Shown one piece after another: positions 53,084 to 64,000 of a stretch of DNA of 64,000 nucleotides; position 1 is the first letter of the stretch; each line of letters begins with the position of its first letter. A program made the translations under genes and the position numbers. The notes beneath the pieces were generated by a model. It searched no databases. It saw only the letters and a program-made list of their open reading frames with translations, and was not told where the DNA came from. The DNA comes from Amoebidium appalachense (lineage: Eukaryota > Protista > Ichthyosporea): assembly GCA_963693365.1 (NCBI GenBank), contig CAVNZM010000007.1:186001-250000 (forward strand), in the 5' to 3' direction.

Positions 53084-53354
53084 GTATTCCTCCCTCCCCC
53101 CCCCCCCCCCCCTCCCCCCTCCCCCTCCCCCCTCCCCCTGGCGCTTGTTGCTTTTTGCTTACTACCTTAACCTTAGGATTTCGGGAATGAGATATTTGAG
53201 TTGTCATAAAAATGGGAAGGAGGGGTGGATGGGTGAGAAATTGGGAGGTGAATGGATGAAGAACATAGATGCTCATTCAGGGGAGAGATGCACGAGATGC
53301 GAGGATGGTTATGGGGAGAAAGGAACTGGGAGCAAAATTTCATAATTCGGCTAT

Positions 53355-53417
<63 letters not shown>

Positions 53418-53573
53418 AGATGGGGTGAGACACGTGGGGGGGGTGAGGCATGGGGGTATGGCGTGTGTCTGTGGGTAAGTTTGGGTGTGGGTGGTGTGTG
53501 AGGGGTGGATGTTTGCAACGAGGGGGGGGGGGGGGGGGGGGGGGGGCATGTATTCAGTGGTGAGGACGGAGCG

Positions 53574-53689
<116 letters not shown>

Positions 53690-53997
53690 CGACTGGCAAA
53701 GCAAACCGATCTCCACGATCGATAATACCTACGTGTGTGCATACGAGCACATGTGCATGCAATGAGGAAGCAGGTCGGCGCAGGGAACCAATCAACTGAA
53801 GCTATCTGTCATGCATACTATTGGGTGGGCCTATCTTAACTTGCGTGGCTACAAGTATCTATTCAGCCTAACAGTAAGTTAGGCAAGGGAAACTAAGAGT
53901 AGAAATGCTAAAAATAAGATAAAATAAATACATAGGTACTTTTCCTATCGGCTTACATAGATCTTTACACATCAGTTTACATAGATATTTATGTTAG

Positions 53998-54144
<147 letters not shown>

Positions 54145-54495
54145 GTTAGCTTACCCTGATACTTACCCGTCTTGCCACCACACCACACACACGCACACAC
54201 CCGCCCACCCACCCACATATCACTTCGACAAACACCACCCACTCACCCCCATCCCTACACCACACCCACGCGCACTCCACACACACACACATACTTCCCT
54301 TCTATTTCCCCTCTACAACACACACACACATACTTCCCTTCTATTTCCCCTCTACAACACACACACACATACGCATCCACCATGCACACCCACATACCCA
54401 CCCACCCACTCACCACCCATCCACACCCACCCAAAAACCACCACCACCCACACACGACCCTCACACCGCCTCCACACCACACAAACACCTATGCA

Positions 54496-54557
<62 letters not shown>

Positions 54558-54684
54558 AGTCCCCCCTCCCCTTCTCCTTCTCCCCCCCCCTCTCTCTCTT
54601 TCCCCCTCCCTTCTCTCCCTCTTCCTTTTGGCAAGGGCGTCGGTTTCTTCGAATCCCTTAAAGCAACCACCGCCATTTCCATTT

Positions 54685-54917
54685 TAAGTCCCGTTCGAGG
54701 TTGATCCGATCGAGGATCTGAGATTGCCCTGGCGCGGCCTGTGAAATCCTCGATCCTGTCAGCCATCGAGGGTGTGACGTCATTCTGTGCACAATTTTTT
54801 CCCCAAATTTTACACCTGTGCAAAGAATGACATCACACCTTTATAGGATCGAGGACTTCACAGGCCGCGCCAGGGCAATCTCAGATCCTCGATCGGATCA
54901 ACCTCGATCGAGACTTA
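54685..54917. mobile_element. 233-bp foldback MITE with TA at both ends (Tc1/mariner-type target site possible)
   Basis: TAAGTC..TCGAGGTTGATCCGATCGAGGATCTGAGATTGCCCTGGCGCGGCCTGTGAA is mirrored by TTCACAGGCCGCGCCAGGGCAATCTCAGATCCTCGATCGGATCAACCTCGA..GACTTA. Inner arms GGTGTGACGTCATTCT / AGAATGACATCACACC. Confidence 0.85.
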
Positions 54918-55924
54918 CCGTGGAAGAAGCGGTGGTTGTTTTCAGCTTGCATGTTTGTTGTTCGTTTCCTGTGCCTTAGGGCAGTGCATCTGTGTGCATA
55001 TGAGTGCGTGTTGAGCCGTGGGGCCGTAGTCGATGGGGTTAGCCAAATCTATACAATTCTTTTTTTTTTTTTTTTTTTTTTGGCGAAATCTGGTGACAGA
55101 GGGGAGGGAAAACAAGAAAAAAAAGACAGGTTTCTGATATACGGCTGTACGCTCCCAACAGCTGAGCAAGATGACCCTCACAACAATGCAGCCGTGGAGG
55201 GATGAGCGAACGAAGAGAAAGGTGGGTGGCCAGTGCTCTGTGAATTGTGCGGTGTCCAAGTAGATACAGACCTAGTCTAAGATGCTTGCTCGCGTACATG
55301 CACACACTTTAGACACACACCGTGCGGCCCCCATATACACGCACACACACTCTCACACACAGGCACGCAGGCACGCACGCACGCAAGCCCGCACGCACGC
55401 ACGCACCCACACACAGAGAGAGGGGGGAGGGAGGGAGGGAGGGAGGGAGGGGGTGGAGGAAGAGGCGAGGGAGGGGAAGGGGGGGTGGAGGGTGGGAGGG
55501 AGGGGAGAGAGAGAGGGGGGGGGGGGGGGGGGGGGGGAACGCCCGCAAAAAAAAACCTCATCTTTACTTCTGAAGATCTGAGAACCCCCAGGGTCATCAC
55601 ATGCGCCAAGTTGAACATAAACCTGTGACCTATGAGCATCTTGAAACAAATATTAAAACTGCATCATAATTTTTAAATATTTTATTATTAATGCACCCAT
55701 CACAGGCTGCTCTTGAGGGGTCAAAGCCCAGCCCACCCCAACCCCACGATTCAGCGTCGACATTTGAAAATGGCCAAAAAAGGAAATTGTGCGGGAAGGG
55801 ACCGGGAGAAAACTTAAAATTGCAACTGTGTTCGAGGTGTTCCTAAAAATAAAAATAAAGGCGGTACTGGAAACCGTTCCGCAGATTCGTAGAACTACAC
55901 ATCCATGTGTACAAATTGGTACCT

Positions 55925-55955
<31 letters not shown>

Positions 55956-56307
55956 CTCCCCGGGCCTCCCCTGGCCCCTCGAAAATAATTTTAAGCGGGA
56001 TAAAAAAAAACTATTATTATGAAAGGCCTTGCAACAAAAAGCATGCCAAATTCACCAGAGTAAGAAGCATAGATAACTGGCAAGGGGTGATGAATGATCA
56101 CCCGCCTTTATTTATGATCAGAGCTCGAGGGCACCACACCCACACGTAAAAGTACATGATCCATATATATAAATAGCAACCACGTGAGCTGTGCCACTTG
56201 CATGCATACACGTGCACACATGCCCGAGAGCATCAAAGACTGTCCCCCACATAGCATCACCTCGGGCCCCCTCCCTTCTCTCGCCTTCATGTAGAATTTT
56301 CCCTGCC

Positions 56308-56338
<31 letters not shown>

Positions 56339-56884
56339 AGATATAGCACAAAGAAGGCCATAAGGTTCTTTTTGTTTTTTCTTTTATGCTCTCTCTCTGT
56401 CCTACCTCTTCCGGATCCTTCTCCTTCTATCTTGTGCCAGAGGGGGGGGGGGGGGGGGGGGGGGGGGGTATAGGGTTACAGAGTACAAGTACACACACAC
56501 GAAGTCACTGAACGGCTGCCGCACAAATCTTTTGCACCTCAGAGGAGGAAATTCAAAAGAGGGAGGGAGGGGGGAGGGGGGGGGGGGGGGGGGAAGGGGG
56601 GGGGGGGGAAGGGCGCCATAAGTGAAACCCAATATTACGGTGTACAATATACATAGAAGAAGGTAGGTAGGAAGCATACTGAGTGTATGGTCTCAGTATT
56701 GCTTCAGCTCAGCCTACACGCTGGCAGAGCGGATTGGAAGAACAAAAAGAGACAAGCAAAGTATACAAGACAGTGCATGCAAACTCTATCCAAAGTAGCG
56801 TGACTATGATCTGTTTATTAGATGAACAGACTCGGATTGGGAGAAACACACAATCACGAAACTCTGACACAGTGTCACGTGTCT

Positions 56885-56954
<70 letters not shown>

Positions 56955-56955
56955 C

Positions 56956-57027
<72 letters not shown>

Positions 57028-57500
57028 CTGATGTTGTGTCCCAGGAGAGCCCCCCCTACCCCCCCCCCCCCCCAAAAAAAAAAAAAAAATAAATAAACGA
57101 TCCTGAGGCACTTTTGGTTTTATCTCGGAGAAGATAACCCCGTTATCATATTCGTCACACGGCTCATGCTGTACAGCACCTGAATCATGAGGGGATGCTA
57201 CCAACTGAAAACTCCCTATTCCTGAGACTGGTTTCTGTCTCGAGCTCTGCCAGCGTCGAGAAAACAGAGTAACCCAAAATCATACCCTGTAAGTTCGGAG
57301 GTAATCTCGAACAGACACCGTATGAAAACTGCAGTGTCCAACGTCTAAACCGTGTTTATAAAGACTGTCGCGTTTTTGGCAGTAAACGATTTCACTATGA
57401 TCGAATTATTGTGCGATACGATGAAAAGACGATATAATGGCGCTACCAAGCATGCCCTTAATTAGGGATTTTTATATTTGAAATTATGGGAGGCGTATGT

Positions 57501-57545
<45 letters not shown>

Positions 57546-57702
57546 GTAGGAAATATCGACGTCCCTCCTAGTGGTACCCCCCTCCCCAAGGTACCCCGAG
57601 GGTGGTTGGACGGTTCTCCCCCCCCTCCCCCTCCCCCTCCCCCTCCCCTCCCCCCCCCCCCCCCCCCCCGAGGGACCCACCTGCAGCTGGGCAAGTGGGG
57701 TG

Positions 57703-57741
<39 letters not shown>

Positions 57742-59606
57742 CCCCCCCCCCGTGTGTGCGCGTGATCATCGCCCACCAGAGTCTCTCTTCCACCCACCGA
57801 AGGTTGAATTCGGTACATTTTTTTTTCATTCTTTTGGAGCAATTGAGTTCGTTCAAATCGTGACAGCGCATATCCTCCCCCCACCCGCCCTCCCCCCTCC
57901 CCTCCCCCCCCCTCCCCCCAAACACACATACACACATGTGTACATGCACACACACACCACATACACACACATACCCACACACAAACACACACACACACAC
58001 ACACTGTGACACACACACAAGCACACACTTCCCACCCCTTCGTGCTGGTTCTCTTCTTCTGCCGCATGCACTTCTTTGTGTGTTCTTTGCAAGGTGTTTG
58101 TGTTGTCCGCGGCAAATGTGTACTATATGCTCTATAACCTTTTTTAACGACCCCCCCCCCCCCCCTCCCGGCCCCTCCCGCCCCACTCACTTCTCCCCCC
58201 CCCCCCCACCCACCCTGCTCATTTACACAAGTAAACGCACGTGCACATGTGCACACATCATACACACACACATGGAACGAGCAACTATTTCTAAATATGA
58301 ATTATCGGGGCAAGGGTATCGTGCTCACCGTGCAGTGTTCGTGTGTAGAGTCTGTGTGGCGGGAAATCTATGTGTAATACTATGTGGTGCCACGTGAGTG
58401 TATCTGCTCGTTCATGTCGGGTGCTCATCGCTGGTCAAAGTTTGTGCACCTCGTGTGCATATGTGGTACATGCGTGTGGTGTGAATTCAATAGGTGTGAA
58501 AGTGTGTGCGTGTGTGTGGACGCGCAGCGGGGCGATTAGAGACGAGTGGGAGGGGGGGGGGGGGGGGGGGGGGGGCAGGGGGCCCGGGAGGGGGGGGGGG
58601 GGAGAGTATCATCGGACCGTAAGATATATAGCGTGAGTTTCAGGTGACCAATGACTCCTATCAGTTAGCCTCAATGTTTACGCCTTTGGGAATGTATGAA
58701 CTCCTCGGCTATTTCACATATGGCATTAATATGAAGAGGTGATCTGATCATAATAATGATGCCAGCCTATGGGGTGGGTGGGTGGTGGCCCTCCCCCCCC
58801 CTCCCCCCCCCCCCCCCCCTCCTCCTCTCTTCTAGCCGGAGGGGCTGGGGTGGGTCCGGAGGAGGGGGGTTGGTTTCAATCTGCTTTCTTTCCGACTGAC
58901 ACTAAGACAATGATTCTTCGGAGGGAGAACCCACCTGTCCAAAAGGTTGGGTGCCCCCTCCCCCCCCCCCCCCCCCCCCCCCCCGCCGCGCGCTTCCCCC
59001 CCAAATTTGTTACGACTACCCCCCCTCCCCGTTTCAATATTCAGAATCCCCGACATATATCCCGATACTTGTAGTTCGTGCATACAGTGGGTCGGATCAT
59101 GGGCCAGTGGGACTCCGTATATTTGCATGTTTACTCCCCCTTCCCCAGTCCTCCCCCCCCTAACGCACACCCACAGAGAGAGAGAGACCCCCAAAATACA
59201 CACATCTGAGCACTTTTTTTTTTTTTTTGGGCCCTGTTTTGCTCCCGGCGAGACCCACCAGGGTTTCCTCATAGGAACTACCGTCTCCCACTGTTACATG
59301 GCACCGACTGCACCTCAAGATCAGCTAGAGGGGCCATGATCAGACTAACGTTGACACACCGTTACCAATCCTAGCAGTTACTATAGCACACACGTAGCCC
59401 AGGGGTGGCACCTCAGCCTCGCCGGTGGAGCTCGTCGGTGGGTGTAGACCATCGGATGCCAGCCACCTTAGCCCTTCCCCATGATCATGATCCGTTGATG
59501 ACGGCACAAACCGCGTAAGGTGTAGGTCTCACAGCAAAAGCTGAAATATCAGCCTGCATTTTATTTTTCATTCAGTGACCACCATGGATTCCGCGTTACG
59601 GTCGAC

Positions 59607-60011
59607 CTATGTACGTTTATGACCGGTAGCACGTTCCTTATTGGCCAAGCACTCGGCCACAAAGCTCTCATAGTTGTACGAAAACTGCGTGTAGTACGAG
59701 TTGCCCTCCGGTATTGCTGCATAACCAGTCTTCTGCGGGTTGGCCTTCTGGCAGAGTTCGTTGGGCTGGTTCACTCCCCCACAGTTCCAGCACCCCACAC
59801 CTACATTCTGTAGGATGGTAGCACCCGGTTGCAAGCACAGCGGCACGGTCACCACGGGGTTATTTGCTGGCACACAGATGCAGTCCTCCCATTTGCACAT
59901 CAAGCACATGACATTGCCCTTATAGTCTTCGCAGCCCGTCGACGGGGCGGCGGTGGAAAAATGGGGCAGGGTGGAGAGGAGGAAGCTGGCAAGGAAGAGG
60001 ACAGGGAACAT
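59607..60011 (-). CDS. Small secreted cysteine-rich protein, 134 aa, 10 Cys
   Basis: Signal-peptide-like MFPVLFLASFLLSTLPHFSTA, even Cys count, non-repetitive single ORF, and a TATA-like TATATATAAAA about 130 bp upstream. Confidence 0.8.
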   Translation of the reverse strand: MFPVLFLASFLLSTLPHFSTAAPSTGCEDYKGNVMCLMCKWEDCICVPANNPVVTVPLCLQPGATILQNVGVGCWNCGGVNQPNELCQKANPQKTGYAAIPEGNSYYTQFSYNYESFVAECLANKERATGHKRT

Positions 60012-60135
60012 GATGAGTTTGGGGTGCGTCGTGTTTTGGGATCAGATATGCTTGATGTGAAACAGGGGTTTTGAAGCACAACCCGTTTAGACAGGCTGCC
60101 AAGGACAACTGAGAGTTTGAGCCACAGGTCCACAG

Positions 60136-60148
60136 TTTTATATATAAA
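60136..60148 (-). promoter_or_regulatory. TATA-box candidate for the secreted Cys-rich gene
   Basis: TTTATATATAAAA on the minus strand about 125-135 bp upstream of ATG 60011. Confidence 0.5.
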
Positions 60149-61235
60149 GCCGGACACTGGAGTCCCGCAGGGGTTGTGAGGGTTTGGCTGCGATACCTGT
60201 ATTACCAAGAACGCAATCGTTCTTTCGGATTTCTCAATCGCACTGGTAGGGGTCGTTACCCGGTCATACCGAAAAAGGCTCAATTAGACCCTACCTTTTA
60301 CTAAATTGCAAAAACTGTTTCTTCGTATCCTACATTCTCTTTATCAATTACAGACCCCGATTGGCAAACCAGGGCTTAATATTCTTCTTCTGGAGTGCCA
60401 GATTCACCGTCACAACATATTCTCCCAAGAAAATACAAATTTTTTGTATGCGAACACATCAAATACTATTTAAGTCTATTTGAGTGCTACGGACGGCAAT
60501 ACGGCACCTAAATAGCTGCAGCGCTACTTGTATTGAGTGAGTTGTATGGCCCCCGCCATGGCCTTGTCCATGAGTGATCGAGGGTTAAAATCGTGTTAAT
60601 TAAATCGATGTCTGTTTACATTGTTTGCATTCCGATATTGTACGACCGTTGGTGTAGGAGTTGGTGTACATGTAGGCCTAAATATTAGTTAGTTCTTATT
60701 CTTCAAGGCGGCTTGTAAGCATTTCCTAAAGAAAAATAAACTCGCGCCAGAGAACTTGCAGAATACAGTAGACTTGGTAATACGGCGGCTCGCGTCGGAC
60801 GTGGCTGTTGTCACTTGTATATATGTATCAACGGTTGTGCGCGTGAGAACATACGCCATATTATAATTAGTGCAGTACAAGCGTGGCAGATGGTCACTAA
60901 TACCATCAGCTAGAGATAGGCCAGTTCTACAGAATGACGATATGATTTTTTGTTGTAGGAAAACATCTACGTGTGCCATAATAACACATATATTCTTGTG
61001 TAATTCTATGAGGCACGTCTAATTTATGTAGTCAGTCGTGGGCAGTGGGCACTCATGGCACAGTCCCACGCGGCACATTCCAATGTGGATAAAAAAACAG
61101 ACAGAGAAAAGCCGGCAGCTCGCTGTCACGGCGGCAGTGCGAACTTCGGGCTCAAAAGGTTGAGTCGAGGGATCGACTGAGCCAGTTATGTAACTGTAAC
61201 CTTGCGTTGTGGCCGACACAGACTGTAACACGGGA

Positions 61236-62574
61236 ATGATATTGTACCCCACCTTGGCGCTGGCAGCGCTGCTGGCCGCCGCGGCGATCTCCGCCGAGCG
61301 GTCGTGTCAGGAGCTGTGCGAACGGGAGACTGCACGGGCTAAAGGCCGCGGCAGCATTCGTACCTGCATCAACCGGTGCGACCGAGATGAGGGCTACTGT
61401 GTGCACCTGTGTGGCGCCACCTACCGTGACATACTGCGGAGCAAGGCCCGGCCAGGGCGCCTGCTGCAACAGAGGTACGCTCGGTGTGTGGTTGACGTCT
61501 GTGGTGCTGGCGAAGATGATGATGACGACTACGATGAGGACATGGACGAGCCGGAGGAAAAAATGATTGGAGCTGTTCTCGGCATTGCCGCAGGACTCGC
61601 CACGGCCGGCGTGGTTGGTACGGTAGTCGCTGGAGGGGCGGCGACTGGGGCGGCCGCTGGAAGCATAAGCAGCCCGTACTCGTCACACGGTGGCTATGTG
61701 CAGGGCGGTGCGGGTGCTGACAGGTACAGTGGGCGAGGAAGCGGTGGGTCGCTCGGTGGCCCCGCACCCCCTCCACCCCCTCCACCACCTCCTTATGATT
61801 TCAGCCGCGTGAGGTTTGGCCCCGGACCACAGATAGAACGGTTGCAGCCGGCTGAGAACGGCAACTTAGACCTCGGGGGGAGTGAGTCGCAGCCTAGTAA
61901 TGTGAATGGTGGCGACACTTCTGCCGGGGGAACTATTCCCGAGCAAAAACCGCAGCCAGGCGAGAGCGGCGGCACCGGCAACAGTGGCGGCGGAGGGCCT
62001 ATTCCAGCTGAACAACTGCAGCCGGGCGAGGGTGGCAACCCAGACAACAGGGGGGCTGTCACGGACCTCAGCAGTGGGGGTGGCGGCGGCAGTTCTAGCG
62101 GGGGTACTATTCCCCAGCAACAGCCGCCGTCGGGTGGGAGCGGCGGCACAGGCAACAGTGGCGGGGGTCGTATTCCCGGAGGGGAGCAACTGCGGCCGGG
62201 TGAGAACGGCGGAGACAACGGGGGGGGTGAGTCGGAGCCCAGTGATGTGGGTGGCGGCGGCACCGGAAACAACGGGGGGAGTGGCTCGGGGTCCAGCCGG
62301 GGTGGCAGCGGCGGTTCGGGGGGAGCCTCCTATTCCGGAGGGTCAACAGCAGCCACACACCGGGGGCAACCCTGGAAACGTAAACAGCGGCGGCGCTTTT
62401 ATCCCCCCCATTATAATCAACCCCGAGGAATCACGGCAGTCGGATGGGAATGGCGGCGGCAGTAAGGCACGGTTCTTGAAGGCGAGGAAAATGACTCACC
62501 GTCACCGTACCAAGTCGGGCCAGCACGCACCCTACGGCTATGATCCGCTGTACACTCACAATAGAAGATATTAG
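61236..62574 (+). CDS. Secreted protein: signal peptide, 8-Cys CxxxC domain, acidic spacer, hydrophobic Gly/Ala segment, Gly-rich repeats; probable 1-nt frameshift at G6 62318-62323
   Basis: MILYPTLALAALLAAAAISA; CQELC, CINRC, CVHLC, CVVDVC; EDDDDDYDEDMDEPEEK. Repeats IPEQKPQPGE / IPAEQLQPGEGGNP / IPGGEQLRPGE continue as IPEGQQQPHTGGNPGN only in the shifted frame, which ends at 62574. Confidence 0.82.
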
Positions 62575-62782
62575 GGGAGGCTTTGCCGTATAAGTTGCTA
62601 TGTTGAAGCCTGAAGGCGGCATAATAGCTTTTTAAGTTGCTTGCTGAGCTTGCCACAGCATCAGTACATGTGCATGTGCACTAATTAGAGATTCGTTCAG
62701 TTCAATAGTAGTACTGTACTACCGGAGTCTCCTGAGCCTCAAACTCGGATGGCGTCATAACTGCTCAGTACAATTTTGGTTG

Positions 62783-62818
<36 letters not shown>

Positions 62819-62844
62819 CCCGCCCGTGTATGTGTGTCGTGTAT

Positions 62845-62876
<32 letters not shown>

Positions 62877-63820
62877 GGGGGGGGGGGGGGGGGGGGCGGC
62901 CAGGAGGGCGTGATTGTGTGCGTGGTGCGTGTAGTGCGAGGCTCTAATAAACAAACATGATCAACACAAGCCAACGTAAAAAGAGGCGAACAAAAACATC
63001 TGTATCATAAGAAGTAATCAAAAAACCAAAAAAAACAACAGCGAAAATACAAATAAAACCAAAAGTAAAAGCTTTTGAAATAACCCAAACAAGGCAAGTT
63101 ACAGTACATCCATTGTGTGCGACTCCCCTTAATTGCCGCAGTTGTACGAGACAGTTTTTGCGGATTCCACATATTGCATACAAGCATGTGGCTATGGGTG
63201 CTTGGCCGGCCCACACTCTGGCCCGTGCATATCGGGCAAAGCAAAAAATATCATGCAGTGCACTAGATTCCTTCTTTTTTACAGTTTAATGAAAAACCGT
63301 TTTGCGTGTCAAAACTTCCCGCCCAAATTTCTATATTTGGCTAATAGGTGCGCGACTGATTGGTTCATACGATTTTTTTGAGATTGCGATATTCCTCCCT
63401 TTTTTTTTTTTTAGTTATTAGTATGTACGCTGGCAAGTTATCCCTCCCCCCCCCCCCTCCCCCCGCTCACACACACACGCACCACCCCCGTTCACCCCCC
63501 CCCCCCCCCTCCCCCCTCCCCCCTCTCCCCGCACCCCCCCCCCCCCCCCCCTCACACAAACACCGTCACACACACACACTCTGCAGTCACACACCTCCCA
63601 CACCACCGCAAAAAGGGTCCCAGGACTTCATGGGGGGGCAGCCTGAAGGGAGAGGGGGGGGAAGGGAGGGGGGAGGGGGGAGGGGGGAGGGGGGAGGGGG
63701 GAGGGGGGAGGGGGGAAGCGAGGAGGGGAGGAGGGGGCCCGGGGAGGGTATGTTTGACAGCACAGATGGCATGTGCCCGGCGGTCGACCGCCCGCTGTGT
63801 GGGACTCTTACTTGAAAGAC

Positions 63821-63874
<54 letters not shown>

Positions 63875-64000
63875 TACTGCGGTGTGTGTGTGTGTGTGTG
63901 TTTAGTGCGTGAGTGTATAATGTGTGTACATGTGTGTGTGTGTGTGTTTAGTGTGTGTGTGTGCGCGCGCGTGTGTGTTGTGTGTGAGTGTGTGCTAACG

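Overview
This is eukaryotic nuclear DNA, probably from a unicellular opisthokont or holozoan (inferred from the FoxJ1-like, syntenin-like and fungal-type AlkB genes). Introns and intergenic DNA are full of (CA/GT)n, (CT/GA)n and long poly-G/poly-C tracts, so most ORFs in the supplied track are spurious and homopolymer errors are likely. Genes rebuilt by hand across GT-AG introns: a membrane protein cut by the left edge, a WS/DGAT acyltransferase, a FoxJ1-like forkhead factor, a CUE-like/AlkB/GRF-zinc-finger dioxygenase, a 9-exon TLC-domain protein, a BTB(KCTD-type)-NHL protein, an RVxF-motif disordered protein, a tandem-PDZ syntenin-like protein, a fragmentary helical-repeat protein and two head-to-head secreted Cys-rich proteins. 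Several foldback/MITE-like elements and minisatellites are also present. The main find is a dispersed, locally tandem, highly structured repeat family (about 452 bp period at 15.3-15.9 kb, with more copies at 20.2, 30.1-31.3 and 32.6 kb). Two copies contain all hammerhead-ribozyme core elements (GUH, GAAA, CUGANGA, stems I-III with compensatory changes between copies), but in a non-circularly permuted strand order. This suggests a retrozyme-like element. All pairings were read by eye; nothing was computed or searched.
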